A DNA stretch of 64,000 nt, taken from the NCBI GenBank assembly GCA_046314355.1, contig JBKBWQ010000001.1, positions 96,001-160,000 of the forward strand, read 5' to 3'. Origin of the DNA: Candidatus Altimarinota bacterium (lineage in GTDB: Bacteria; Patescibacteriota; Gracilibacteria; 1-14-2-50-48-13). Made by a program: the position numbers and the translations under genes. Below are positions 1 to 9,221 of this stretch, one piece after another. Within the stretch, counting starts at the first letter, position 1, and each line of letters opens with the position of its first letter. The notes beneath the pieces were generated by a model that ran no database searches, was not told where the DNA came from, and worked only from the letters and a program-made list of their open reading frames with translations.

Positions 1-64
1 TCAGTCCGCTGACAAGCAGAAACGTTGATAATGGGAAGAGGATCATAGCGGGAGAATGCATCAT
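1..64 (-). CDS. 5' end of a CDS running off the left edge (MMHSPAMILFPLSTFLLVSGL...), probably a membrane protein
   Basis: ATG at 64-62 in the CTATG context common in this window; open hydrophobic frame to the edge; divergent from the Fur/PerR gene. Confidence 0.4.
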   Translation of the reverse strand, partial: MMHSPAMILFPLSTFLLVSGL

Positions 65-147
65 AGAGTAATGGAAAAATATATTGTAAAAAGTATAGCA
101 TATTTCAGAGAGAACAAAATATACTTTATTGAAGCTTGATTTTTTAT

Positions 148-162
148 TTATAATAATTATTA
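148..162 (+). promoter_or_regulatory. Per/Fur box
   Basis: TTATAATAATTATTA has one mismatch to the B. subtilis Per box TTATAATnATTATAA; lies between a TTGATT -35-like hexamer (136-141) and the Fur-family start. Confidence 0.7.
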
Positions 163-189
163 TTAATAAGGATTTCTTATTGTTACTTT

Positions 190-600
190 ATGATTTGTCA
201 GACTGGCAGCTGCTCCATCTCCTTTGAGAAGAAAATGAAAGAGAGAGGAATGCGTATTACTCCTCAGAAGCGTGCTATTTATGAGACGCTTTGCGAGAGT
301 AAAATGCATCCGACTGCAGAGGAACTTTATGACACGGTGCATAAAATATTTCCAAATATGTCCTTTGCTACCGTGTACGATAATCTCCGAAAGTTTGTCG
401 CTACAGGTGTATGCAGAGAGGTATATTTCCAGGATGGGACTGCCCGTTTTGATGCAAATGCTGAAGAGCATCATCATATTCTTGATAAGGATGGGCGTAT
501 TTATGATGTATGTCTGCCTGAAAATACAGATATACCGCTGCCGTCAGGGATGGATCGCAATGACATTAAAGAAATACGAATTACATACGTAACCAAATAA
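190..600 (+). CDS. perR: Fur-family peroxide-responsive repressor (PerR-like)
   Basis: RITPQKRAI, HPTAEELY, SFATVYDNL, RFD...HHH...YD metal-site motifs; first gene of a peroxiredoxin operon. Confidence 0.8.
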   Translation: MICQTGSCSISFEKKMKERGMRITPQKRAIYETLCESKMHPTAEELYDTVHKIFPNMSFATVYDNLRKFVATGVCREVYFQDGTARFDANAEEHHHILDKDGRIYDVCLPENTDIPLPSGMDRNDIKEIRITYVTK

Positions 601-604
601 CACT

Positions 605-1339
605 ATGTTGAAGAACAAAGAAGGTGAGAAAGTACCTCAGGTAACTTTCAAAAACAGAGTTGAAGGAAAATGGGTTGATATGACCACTGATGATATTTTT
701 AAAGGAAAAACAGTAGTTGTTTTCTCTCTCCCGGGAGCGTTTACACCGACATGTTCTACTTCACATGTACCTAGATATAACGAGCTTGCAGAGACTCTAA
801 AAGCTAATGGAGTTGATGAGGTAGTCTGTATCTCAGTAAATGATGCGTTTGTCATGAACGAATGGCAGAATGATCAGAAAGCTGAGAATATTACGTTCCT
901 ACCAGATGGTAACGGAGAGTTCACTGATGGTATGGGAATGCTTGTAAATAAAGAAGATCTCGGGTTTGGAAAGAGATCTTGGAGATATTCCATGCTTGTA
1001 AAAGATGGAACAGTGGAGAAAATGTTTATTGAGCCGGATGAGCCGGGAGATCCGTTCAAAGTGTCAGATGCTGATACTATGCTGGATTATATCGCTCCAG
1101 GGACAAAGCGACCTGAGTCTATAGTGATGTTTGGAAAAGAGGGATGTCCTTATTGCGCACATGCAAAAGAGCTTTTTGATAAGAAAGGACTCAAATATAC
1201 TGAAGTACTTGTAGGGAAAGATGTTCCGACTCGAATTCTTTTTGCACTTTCTGGAAAAGCTACTACTCCTCAGATCTTTATCAGCGGAAAATATATCGGC
1301 GGAGCTGACGAACTAGAGACATATCTCAAATCTAACTAA
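605..1339 (+). CDS. Hybrid peroxiredoxin-5/glutaredoxin (PGdx/GarA type)
   Basis: PGAFTPTCS Prx5 active site, SVNDAFVM, RSWRYSM; C-terminal Grx domain with CPYC and TTPQIFI. Confidence 0.93.
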   Translation: MLKNKEGEKVPQVTFKNRVEGKWVDMTTDDIFKGKTVVVFSLPGAFTPTCSTSHVPRYNELAETLKANGVDEVVCISVNDAFVMNEWQNDQKAENITFLPDGNGEFTDGMGMLVNKEDLGFGKRSWRYSMLVKDGTVEKMFIEPDEPGDPFKVSDADTMLDYIAPGTKRPESIVMFGKEGCPYCAHAKELFDKKGLKYTEVLVGKDVPTRILFALSGKATTPQIFISGKYIGGADELETYLKSN

Positions 1340-1340
1340 T

Positions 1341-2726
1341 ATGCAGCAATTTGATCTTATTATTATCGGATCAGGCGGAGGGACAAAAATGCGTCCCGCC
1401 GCCCTTCTTGGTAAAAAGGTAGCAATCATTGAAAAAGATAAGCTTGGAGGTACATGTCTCAATAGAGGATGTATTCCTAGTAAAATGCTTATCTATCCTT
1501 CAGAAGTACTGAAGCATGCGTACGATATGAAGAAATATGGTATCGATGCAGAAGTATCTTTTTCAGTGCGTTGGGATGATCTCGTGGGGCGTACTTCCCG
1601 GACTGTAGATGCGGATTCTGCTGCTATTGAAAGAGGATATGCTTCCAATCCAAATATTACTTTCTTCCATGGTCGAGCGAGATTCGTAGATCATAAAGTG
1701 ATTGAGATCAATGGCGAGCAGATCACTGCAGAGAGTATATATGTTGCTACAGGTTCCCGCCCTCAGACTCCGGATCTGCCTGGACTTGAAGGAACACCAT
1801 ATTGGACAAGCACTGAAGCACTTAGATCTGAATCACAGCCTGAGTCCATGATTGTTCTTGGTGGAGGATATATCGCTATGGAGCTTGGAGTGTTCTATGA
1901 AAATATGGGTACGAAAGTAACTTATATTGCTCGTTCAGGATTGCTTTCTGCTGAGGATAAAGACGTAAGACATTTCTTTGAAGAACATTTTTCGAAAAAT
2001 CATAATGCTCTGCTTTTTACTCAGGTCATAGATATAAAATATGAAAATAATCTTTTTATATTGAGAGTAAAAGATCGATTGGGAAATCAGCAGATACTTC
2101 AGGGAGAAAAGCTTCTCGTTGCAACAGGGGTTCGTCCGAATACAGATGATATGGGTATCGAAAAGACAAACATAACATTGGATGAAAAAGGATATATTAA
2201 GGTAAATGAGTATATGGAAACAGCAGAGCCAGGTGTATATGCGCTTGGTGACGTTATTGGAAAATATTTATTCAGACATAGTGTAAACTTTGAAGGAGAG
2301 TATCTCTTTGCTCAGCATTTTGAGAATCAGGAAAAGACACCTATCAAATATCCTCCAATGCCTCATGCTGTATTTACTTCTCCACAGATAGCTGGAGTAG
2401 GACTTACGGAGGATGAAGTCATGTTTAAAGGAATGTGGGAAGGAGATGATTATATTGCAGTTGTCCAGGAATATAAGAGCAGTGCTATGGGAATGGCAAT
2501 GATGCCTGAGATAGGTTTTGTAAAATTGATCGTAGACGTAAAATCAAAGACTTTGCTTGGTGCTCATATTATGGGAGACAAGGCAAGTGATATGATTCAT
2601 ATGCTGATTTTAGGAATGACGATGAATGCGAAAATAGAGGATTATTTAAAGATGATTTATATCCACCCTGCGCTTTCTGAGGTGGTGAAGAATGCGTTTA
2701 GAAAAGTGAAAGAGAAGATGAAGTAA
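1341..2726 (+). CDS. FAD-dependent pyridine nucleotide-disulfide oxidoreductase (dihydrolipoyl dehydrogenase/mycothione reductase-like)
   Basis: IIIGSGGG, GGTCLNRGCIPSK redox disulfide, GGGYIAME, C-terminal HPALSE. Confidence 0.9.
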   Translation: MQQFDLIIIGSGGGTKMRPAALLGKKVAIIEKDKLGGTCLNRGCIPSKMLIYPSEVLKHAYDMKKYGIDAEVSFSVRWDDLVGRTSRTVDADSAAIERGYASNPNITFFHGRARFVDHKVIEINGEQITAESIYVATGSRPQTPDLPGLEGTPYWTSTEALRSESQPESMIVLGGGYIAMELGVFYENMGTKVTYIARSGLLSAEDKDVRHFFEEHFSKNHNALLFTQVIDIKYENNLFILRVKDRLGNQQILQGEKLLVATGVRPNTDDMGIEKTNITLDEKGYIKVNEYMETAEPGVYALGDVIGKYLFRHSVNFEGEYLFAQHFENQEKTPIKYPPMPHAVFTSPQIAGVGLTEDEVMFKGMWEGDDYIAVVQEYKSSAMGMAMMPEIGFVKLIVDVKSKTLLGAHIMGDKASDMIHMLILGMTMNAKIEDYLKMIYIHPALSEVVKNAFRKVKEKMK

Positions 2727-2760
2727 ATAAAAAAGCCCTGTAACTCAGGGCTTTTTTATT
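2726..2760. terminator. Bidirectional intrinsic terminator
   Basis: Perfect IR AATAAAAAAGCCCTG-taact-CAGGGCTTTTTTATT between convergent genes. Confidence 0.9.
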
Positions 2761-3434
2761 TACTCTAAAATCTTAATCGTCTGATGATCTATCCAGCCTG
2801 GATCCTGACCTAGCTCCATAAAAATGAAGTTTTGTTTATCCTCCTGGAACTCAAAATACCGTGCGCCATTGATAAGTCCGTATTTACTACAGTGTTCCAC
2901 TGCCATTTCGTCATTTTTCGTTACGTCTGATTTAGGGATAAATTCATAACGCCTGAGGTTAGGATCCTCCGTTTTGCTATAGTATGCGTTGGTAGCGATC
3001 ATACAGTTACCTTGTTCTTCAGTGGTGAGTTTACTAAAATATAATCTTTTGAGAGCATCAGTGTCAGTTTCATTTGGAAGTTTCTTCCCGACTTCCATGA
3101 ATGTAGTATCACCAGAAGTAAGTGTATTGCCCTTTTCTACAAACTTATAATTGAAATTCTGGTATAGGAATGTAACAGGGAGACGGTCACTATTATACTG
3201 TTCCCATGAATATCCTTCTTCAGCTGGATGAGAAGCAGTAATAACTGTAGGGGAGCGCTTACTCTGAATGGGATTTTGATTGCTGTTTGCGGGAAGACTA
3301 GTGTTTATATTAGTATTAGCTGTATTTATATTGCTTTGCACGATTGGGGCAGTATTCATATTACTGACAGATGTAGTACTCGAACATGCGGTGAAGAAAA
3401 AAAGTGCAGGCAGGATGAGAAATGCTTTTTTCAT
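2760..3434 (-). CDS. Putative lipoprotein
   Basis: Start moved to MKKAFLILPALFFFTAC (signal peptide with lipobox-like FTAC); N/T/S-rich linker then globular domain with two Cys. Confidence 0.75.
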   Translation of the reverse strand: MKKAFLILPALFFFTACSSTTSVSNMNTAPIVQSNINTANTNINTSLPANSNQNPIQSKRSPTVITASHPAEEGYSWEQYNSDRLPVTFLYQNFNYKFVEKGNTLTSGDTTFMEVGKKLPNETDTDALKRLYFSKLTTEEQGNCMIATNAYYSKTEDPNLRRYEFIPKSDVTKNDEMAVEHCSKYGLINGARYFEFQEDKQNFIFMELGQDPGWIDHQTIKILE

Positions 3435-3547
3435 GGAGGGTGTAAAAAGGTAATTTAAGATCAGTGTACCAGAGGGACTGCATTTAAACAAACAGTATCT
3501 ATTATCGAATTCTTTTATTTTTTCTCTCTAAGAGAGTCAGAAAATAT

Positions 3548-4699
3548 TTACTGTTTTAATGCTTCTTCGCTAATCGGCTTATTCTTTGGTAAAAACGAAT
3601 ACAAATAACACTGAATAGGTCCATTAAATAACTTTCTATTCTTATCCGCTCTTCTTCCAAATAACTCAGGGAAGTTATTGTCTGGAGTAATGAGAAAGAG
3701 AGAAGAATTTCTCGTCTCTTCAAATTTCTTGCCGAATTGCCTGTAGAGCATTTCTACATGCTTTTTCTCACTCAAACGCTCTCCATATGGAGGATTTGCG
3801 ATGAATGTTGCGTCCTGAAATTTTACATACATTAGATTATTAAAATCATTACATTCAAAATGTATGAATTCTGCGACCCCCGCACGTTCCGCATTAGCTT
3901 TTGCTATCGCAAGGGTCTCTTTGCTTAGGTCATATCCATGTATATTGAGATCAGGGAGATCTATAGCTGCATCCCGTGCTTCTTTGTAAGCAGCTGCAAT
4001 GTCCTCAGGATCTACCCATGTCCATTTTTGAAAAGGGAATTCTCTTCGAAGTCCTGGTGCGACATTCATCGCAATTAATGCAGCCTCAATTACTAAAGTC
4101 CCACTACCACAGAAGGGATCGATAAGTTTTTTATCTGGAGTCCAGTCCGTAAGAGTTACAAGCGCTGCGGCAAGTGTTTCTTTGATTGGAGCAAGATTAG
4201 CTTTTGATCGATATCCTCTTTTGTGTAGACTCTCTCCTGAGGAATCGATACTTACGAGGATATTATCTTTATTGATATGTACTCGTATTTGATAGGTTAC
4301 ATCCGAATCTTCTGTAAAAATAGATCGGTCGTAGTGTTGTTCAAGTCTTTTTACAATAGCTTTCTTGGTAATGCTCTGAATAGAGGGCTCTGAATGGAGT
4401 ACAGATTTTGCGCTGCTGGCAGCTACGGGAAATGCATCAAATTCTCCAATAAAATCCTCCCAAGGGAGATCTCTGATTGTGTCAAAAAGGGTATCAAAAT
4501 CTGTTGCTGAAAACTCATCCATCTTGATATGCACTCGTCCTGCTGTACGGAGCCAAAGGTTTGCGCGGATCATATCTTTTACCGTTCCTTCAAAAGTGAC
4601 TCGTCCATCCTCGGTTTTAAGAACCCAAAGACCAAGTTTCTTGATTTCGTTGAATACTAGTTTTTCTAGACCAAAGGCGCAGGTGGCTACGAGTTGCAT
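3548..4699 (-). CDS. THUMP-domain RNA methyltransferase (RlmL/YpsC-like)
   Basis: ATCAFGLE, ANLWLRTA, SLHKRGYR, APIKETLAAAL, DPFCGSGT, NPPYGER; start moved to MQLVAT. Confidence 0.9.
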   Translation of the reverse strand: MQLVATCAFGLEKLVFNEIKKLGLWVLKTEDGRVTFEGTVKDMIRANLWLRTAGRVHIKMDEFSATDFDTLFDTIRDLPWEDFIGEFDAFPVAASSAKSVLHSEPSIQSITKKAIVKRLEQHYDRSIFTEDSDVTYQIRVHINKDNILVSIDSSGESLHKRGYRSKANLAPIKETLAAALVTLTDWTPDKKLIDPFCGSGTLVIEAALIAMNVAPGLRREFPFQKWTWVDPEDIAAAYKEARDAAIDLPDLNIHGYDLSKETLAIAKANAERAGVAEFIHFECNDFNNLMYVKFQDATFIANPPYGERLSEKKHVEMLYRQFGKKFEETRNSSLFLITPDNNFPELFGRRADKNRKLFNGPIQCYLYSFLPKNKPISEEALKQ

Positions 4700-4728
4700 G
4701 GTGAAGTATAAGTAAGAGGTTGAAAGTA

Positions 4729-5868
4729 TTATACGGAGACCTTCCATACTTCATAAGCTACATAGACTATGTAACAACTCATGAGGAATAGACTCGCAAT
4801 CTTTGTGATCTTAAATTTTTGAGCAAAGAGTAGGGCGATAAGAGCAAGTGAGGATGCAAAGAGGAGGATAGTGGATGCCTCCACATTGGGATTCTTAACG
4901 TAGAGTGCTGTCCCAGTGAACAATGTTCCTATAAGGTACGTGATACCTAGGTTTCCAAGAATATCAAAAATATTGCTTCCAACTGCATTGGCAATAGCAG
5001 TATCACCGTATCCTTCCTTAGCAGTCTTGACGCTTGCAAGTAGGTCAGGAATAGATGTGCCTGCCGCGAGGATCGTAAGCCCAACCACTGCTTCTGGAAT
5101 TGCAAGTGTATTGGCTAAAAGTACTGCATACTCTACCATGAGTGTAGAGAAAAGAATAACTCCTATGATAGAGAGGAGAATGTTAAATATTATTTTCCAC
5201 CAAGAAAGCTCTTTATGAGGCATAAAGAAAAGATATGCAAAAAGTTTCGCGATAAAGTTGCTCTTAGACCAAGGGGCAATATCAATAGCAACTGCGTCAG
5301 CTAAGGACTGCTCTTCTTTGAGATCTAGCACTGCTTTCTCCTCTGTATACTCTTCTTCTAAAGTAGTCTTCTTTGACTTCTTATCAAGCCACAGCGCTAC
5401 TTTTTTCCATTGTGATACGATGAGTGTATAAATGACGTATGTGATGAGCATGATGATGGATTCCACCATTGAGACATATCCATCAAAAAGGAAGAGGTAT
5501 ACCAGTGCTACTGAGATCACATAAAAGAGCATATCACGCATTACTGAGTGCCAAGAGAGGACTTTTTTGCTATACCATGCTGATGCTCCTACTATAAATA
5601 GGATAGAGAAAAGTGCAGATCCAATGACTGTGCCTGCTGCTAGTGATACCACCTCCATATTTCCACTTCGAACAGCTATACTCAGGGAAATAATCGCAAC
5701 CGATAGTTCCGGTGCTGAGGAGACAAAGGATATGAGAGTTCCAGCCTGATCATCGGATAAGTGCAGACGTTCTTTGACAATATAGATGGCAGGTATCAGG
5801 AAATGATCTACCATGAGAGATAGACCGTAGAAGGTGATAAGGATAATGAGGAGATAGAGGGCAATCAT
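4729..5868 (-). CDS. Calcium/sodium antiporter (CaCA) with NCKX-like motifs
   Basis: alpha-repeats SSAPEL and AAGTSIPD, GSNIFDIL; many TM helices with a charged central loop. Confidence 0.88.
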   Translation of the reverse strand: MIALYLLIILITFYGLSLMVDHFLIPAIYIVKERLHLSDDQAGTLISFVSSAPELSVAIISLSIAVRSGNMEVVSLAAGTVIGSALFSILFIVGASAWYSKKVLSWHSVMRDMLFYVISVALVYLFLFDGYVSMVESIIMLITYVIYTLIVSQWKKVALWLDKKSKKTTLEEEYTEEKAVLDLKEEQSLADAVAIDIAPWSKSNFIAKLFAYLFFMPHKELSWWKIIFNILLSIIGVILFSTLMVEYAVLLANTLAIPEAVVGLTILAAGTSIPDLLASVKTAKEGYGDTAIANAVGSNIFDILGNLGITYLIGTLFTGTALYVKNPNVEASTILLFASSLALIALLFAQKFKITKIASLFLMSCYIVYVAYEVWKVSV

Positions 5869-6077
5869 GATTGTAAGGATTGAATATGTATGGATACATT
5901 TAGTGGTTTTCTCGCATATTAGTCAATAGCGAGTTTGATTCTGCCGCCCTTTTTTCACTGACAGAAAGTCATCAAACGGATAGCTATAGACATATATGAA
6001 ATCTCGGAAAGTATAAAATATTGTACTCCTCCCAGGGTATGATATCGTAAAATTATTATATTTTTCTTAACGCAACT

Positions 6078-7049
6078 ATGGAACAATATCTCGTATATCT
6101 ACTTTTTATCCTGGGATTTTACTTCTTGTTACAAGGAGGATCCTGGCTTGTGGACGGCGCGTCTTCTATAGCCAAGCGTTATAAAATATCCAATCTTGTT
6201 ATAGGACTCACTGTGGTGGCCTTTGGTACTTCTGCCCCGGAACTTGTGATAAGTCTTCTTGCTAGTTTTAACGGGAATACGGATATTGCCATAGGAAATA
6301 TCCTGGGTAGTAATATTGCAAATATTCTTCTTATTCTTGGTATAGCAGCTATTATCTATCCTCTGACAGTTCACAAAAATACGGTTTGGAAGGAAGTCCC
6401 ACTCTCTCTTCTTGCTGTTGTGGTGCTTGGATTTCTGGCAAATGATGTTTTAATTGATGGTGCATCTGCTTCTATACTTGCCCGTAGTGAGGGTATTGTC
6501 CTCATAGGATTCTTTATTATCTTTTTATATTATATGTTTGGGCTTGCACGGAGCTCACAAGACAGTGAGATTGCTGTGGAAGAAGTGAAACAGATGGGGA
6601 TGGGGAAGTCAGTGCTACTTATCTTGACTGGACTTATAGGACTTGTCTTAGGTGGACAATGGGTTGTGGATGGAGCAGTACACATAGCACGATTATTTAA
6701 TATTTCAGACGGACTGATTGCTCTGACTGTAATTGCAGTGGGTACTTCGTTACCTGAGCTTGCAACGTCTGCAATTGCGGCATATAAAAAAGAGACAGAT
6801 ATTGCGGTGGGAAATGTCGTAGGATCAAATATATTTAACGTTCTTTGGATCCTGGGACTTAATGCAACAATTATTCCACTTCCTTTTAATACAAATAGTA
6901 ATTTTGATATCTTAATGACAGTCTTTGCAAGTCTCTTGCTACTCGTATTTACTTTCCTAGGTAAAAAACGCGTTATTGGACGTCTAAAAGGTATAGTCTT
7001 TATTTTGATCTATATTGCCTATGTGACTTATCTCGTTCTTCGTGGCTAA
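6078..7049 (+). CDS. Calcium/sodium antiporter (YrbG-type CaCA)
   Basis: GTSAPEL...GNILGSNIANIL and GTSLPEL...GNVVGSNIFNVL repeats. Confidence 0.92.
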   Translation: MEQYLVYLLFILGFYFLLQGGSWLVDGASSIAKRYKISNLVIGLTVVAFGTSAPELVISLLASFNGNTDIAIGNILGSNIANILLILGIAAIIYPLTVHKNTVWKEVPLSLLAVVVLGFLANDVLIDGASASILARSEGIVLIGFFIIFLYYMFGLARSSQDSEIAVEEVKQMGMGKSVLLILTGLIGLVLGGQWVVDGAVHIARLFNISDGLIALTVIAVGTSLPELATSAIAAYKKETDIAVGNVVGSNIFNVLWILGLNATIIPLPFNTNSNFDILMTVFASLLLLVFTFLGKKRVIGRLKGIVFILIYIAYVTYLVLRG

Positions 7050-7075
7050 GGTTGAAGTGAGTGACACCTGGAAAT

Positions 7076-7948
7076 TTATACTCCTATTTTCCAAGTCCCC
7101 CTTTCTCTAAAAGCAGGTATAGTCTGTCTCTTTGCAGCATTCAGCAAAGTATGAATTCCGAGTTCATTGATTTTTGCAAACTCCGAGAGTTTCATTATTT
7201 TTTTTCCTTCGAGATAGGCTAGTCTCTTGTGCAGAGATTCCCGCATTGCCTTCGTGAAAACCTTCAGCATTGGGCTATGAATTTCTTTATCATCATACAT
7301 TTTAATGGCTTCATAGTATTTCTGCTTCTCCTTGTTACGCAATATTACAGGTGGGAAGCCTGCATTCTGAAGCTGAAAATTGATAAGTATTCGTCCGATT
7401 CGTCCGTTACCGTCGCAGAAAGGATGTATGTGTTCAAACTCCAGGTGGAAGCGCACAATATTTACCAATGGAGAAAGATCCACATTGCTGTTGTATTTTG
7501 TAACCGCAGCAGTCATGAGACTTTGAAGCTGTTCCGGCGCAGGAGCTATGTATTTTCCTACCCGTACATATTCTCCTGGTCCTCGAAGCCGTCCTGCAAT
7601 TCCATCCTCTATATTTGAAATGAGCATTTTGTGAAGAAGGAGAATAAGTTCTAGTGAAAATTCCTTTTTCCCGTGAGTAGGACGAAGATACTCTGTTACT
7701 TGTGCAAGATTCTTTGCTTCAAATACTTCTCTGAGGGATAAATTCCGGCTTACTTCCATATCCAAAAGAATCTTTTCTGTATCAAGAAGTGTCAGTGTTG
7801 AATTTTCTATGGCATTTGAATTATAGACGCTCTCAGGGATCTCAGCTTCATCAATAAGCACAAGCAGAGACTCTTTTCCTTGTCTTTGTTCTTCATACCG
7901 CGCTCTTAGTTCCTTAAGAGAATAGTTCTGCAAAGTGTTCTCTTCCAT
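7076..7948 (-). CDS. Fic-domain protein (class II) with C-terminal HTH-like extension
   Basis: HPFCDGNGRIGR Fic motif; N-terminal inhibitory motif SNAIEN; C-terminal KLSEFAK...TIPAFRERGTWKIG. Confidence 0.9.
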   Translation of the reverse strand: MEENTLQNYSLKELRARYEEQRQGKESLLVLIDEAEIPESVYNSNAIENSTLTLLDTEKILLDMEVSRNLSLREVFEAKNLAQVTEYLRPTHGKKEFSLELILLLHKMLISNIEDGIAGRLRGPGEYVRVGKYIAPAPEQLQSLMTAAVTKYNSNVDLSPLVNIVRFHLEFEHIHPFCDGNGRIGRILINFQLQNAGFPPVILRNKEKQKYYEAIKMYDDKEIHSPMLKVFTKAMRESLHKRLAYLEGKKIMKLSEFAKINELGIHTLLNAAKRQTIPAFRERGTWKIGV

Positions 7949-8086
7949 ATAACTTAAAAGTAAGAATATACTCTTATTATAGTTAATTTTCTTTAAAAGT
8001 AAACAATATTAACGTTTTTAATTAATTAATTCGTTAATATTTGCAATAAATACATAAAATTAACAGTATTTGCTGATAAATAAAAC

Positions 8087-8551
8087 TTATAAATAGTGAA
8101 TTCCTTCCTCTTTAGTTTTCTTTAAGGTATCGATACCGTAGATTTTTAGTGCTTCTAAAAAAGTCATCTCCTCTACATCATCAGGAACTGTACTCCTCTC
8201 TTTATCAGATAATAGGGCATGGTCTATTTTTGAATAATAGAAGGGAACAATTAAGGTCTTACCTAATTTGTCTATAAACTCAGCATTAACAACTTTATTC
8301 TGACCAAGTAATCGGCTGATCTCCTCAGCAGTAAAAAATATTTCAAATTCCCAAAAGTTCTCAGGTGTAATACCATATGGATTTTTATTGAAGATGAGAG
8401 TAGCAGGATTCAGAGCAACTCTTATGTGTTGTATAACTTCCTTGAACTTTGGTTCAGGGGCTGCAAGTAGTTTTTTAACTTCTTCTGCAGTATCTATTGA
8501 ATTCTCGCTTAATATATCATTGTTTTTACTTTCTTCGTTGAGTGAAGTCAT
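8087..8551 (-). CDS. Hypothetical protein
   Basis: 154-aa ORF filling the gap; no motif recognised. Confidence 0.65.
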   Translation of the reverse strand: MTSLNEESKNNDILSENSIDTAEEVKKLLAAPEPKFKEVIQHIRVALNPATLIFNKNPYGITPENFWEFEIFFTAEEISRLLGQNKVVNAEFIDKLGKTLIVPFYYSKIDHALLSDKERSTVPDDVEEMTFLEALKIYGIDTLKKTKEEGIHYL

Positions 8552-8629
8552 ATGAGAGAGGGTAAAAGCATGAAAAGATCTATCTATATTTTAGAAGATT
8601 TTTACAAAATGAACATACGAGAAATAAGA

Positions 8630-9214
8630 CTAATGGAATTTCTCTCCTTTTTTCAGCATTTCAAGCAGCTGATCAAATCTTTTTTGTCTTGTTTCAGACT
8701 TCTTTGCCGAAGTTAATCTAAAGAAAATACTAAATTTGTTGGTATTTGATAATTTTTCATAAAAAGATTTAGCCTCAGGAAACTTATCAAGTTCTTTTAG
8801 AAAATCCTCAGGCATAACCATATTTTTTTGAGATTCATATGCTGCATTCCATCTTCCATCAGCTTTTGCTTTATCAATCTCTATCTGACCTGCAGGCTGC
8901 ATCCGCCCTTCTTTTGTAAGTCTTTCTACATAAAGTGTATTTCTCTTTGACCATATGCTTTTAGCACGACGCGGTGTGAATTTCTGAAGCCACGAAGTTT
9001 CATCATATTTCTTACCTTGACCATCAATCCAGCCGAAACACAGTGCTTCATCAAGAGCGAGGGCATAATTGATACTTTTTATTTCCGAGTCTTTTTTAAA
9101 CATATGCAGCCAGATACCATCTACAGAATCGTGATTTTGCACTAGCCAATCATGCCAATCTTTCTGGGTAGGGAAAGAGAGTATGGGATATTTTGAAACA
9201 TCTGGAGTTGGCAT
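8630..9214 (-). CDS. YdeI/OmpD-associated family protein
   Basis: ALDEALCFGWIDG, FTPRRAKSIWS, AKADGRW, AKKSETRQKR. Confidence 0.9.
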   Translation of the reverse strand: MPTPDVSKYPILSFPTQKDWHDWLVQNHDSVDGIWLHMFKKDSEIKSINYALALDEALCFGWIDGQGKKYDETSWLQKFTPRRAKSIWSKRNTLYVERLTKEGRMQPAGQIEIDKAKADGRWNAAYESQKNMVMPEDFLKELDKFPEAKSFYEKLSNTNKFSIFFRLTSAKKSETRQKRFDQLLEMLKKGEKFH

Positions 9215-9221
9215 GTGGTAA

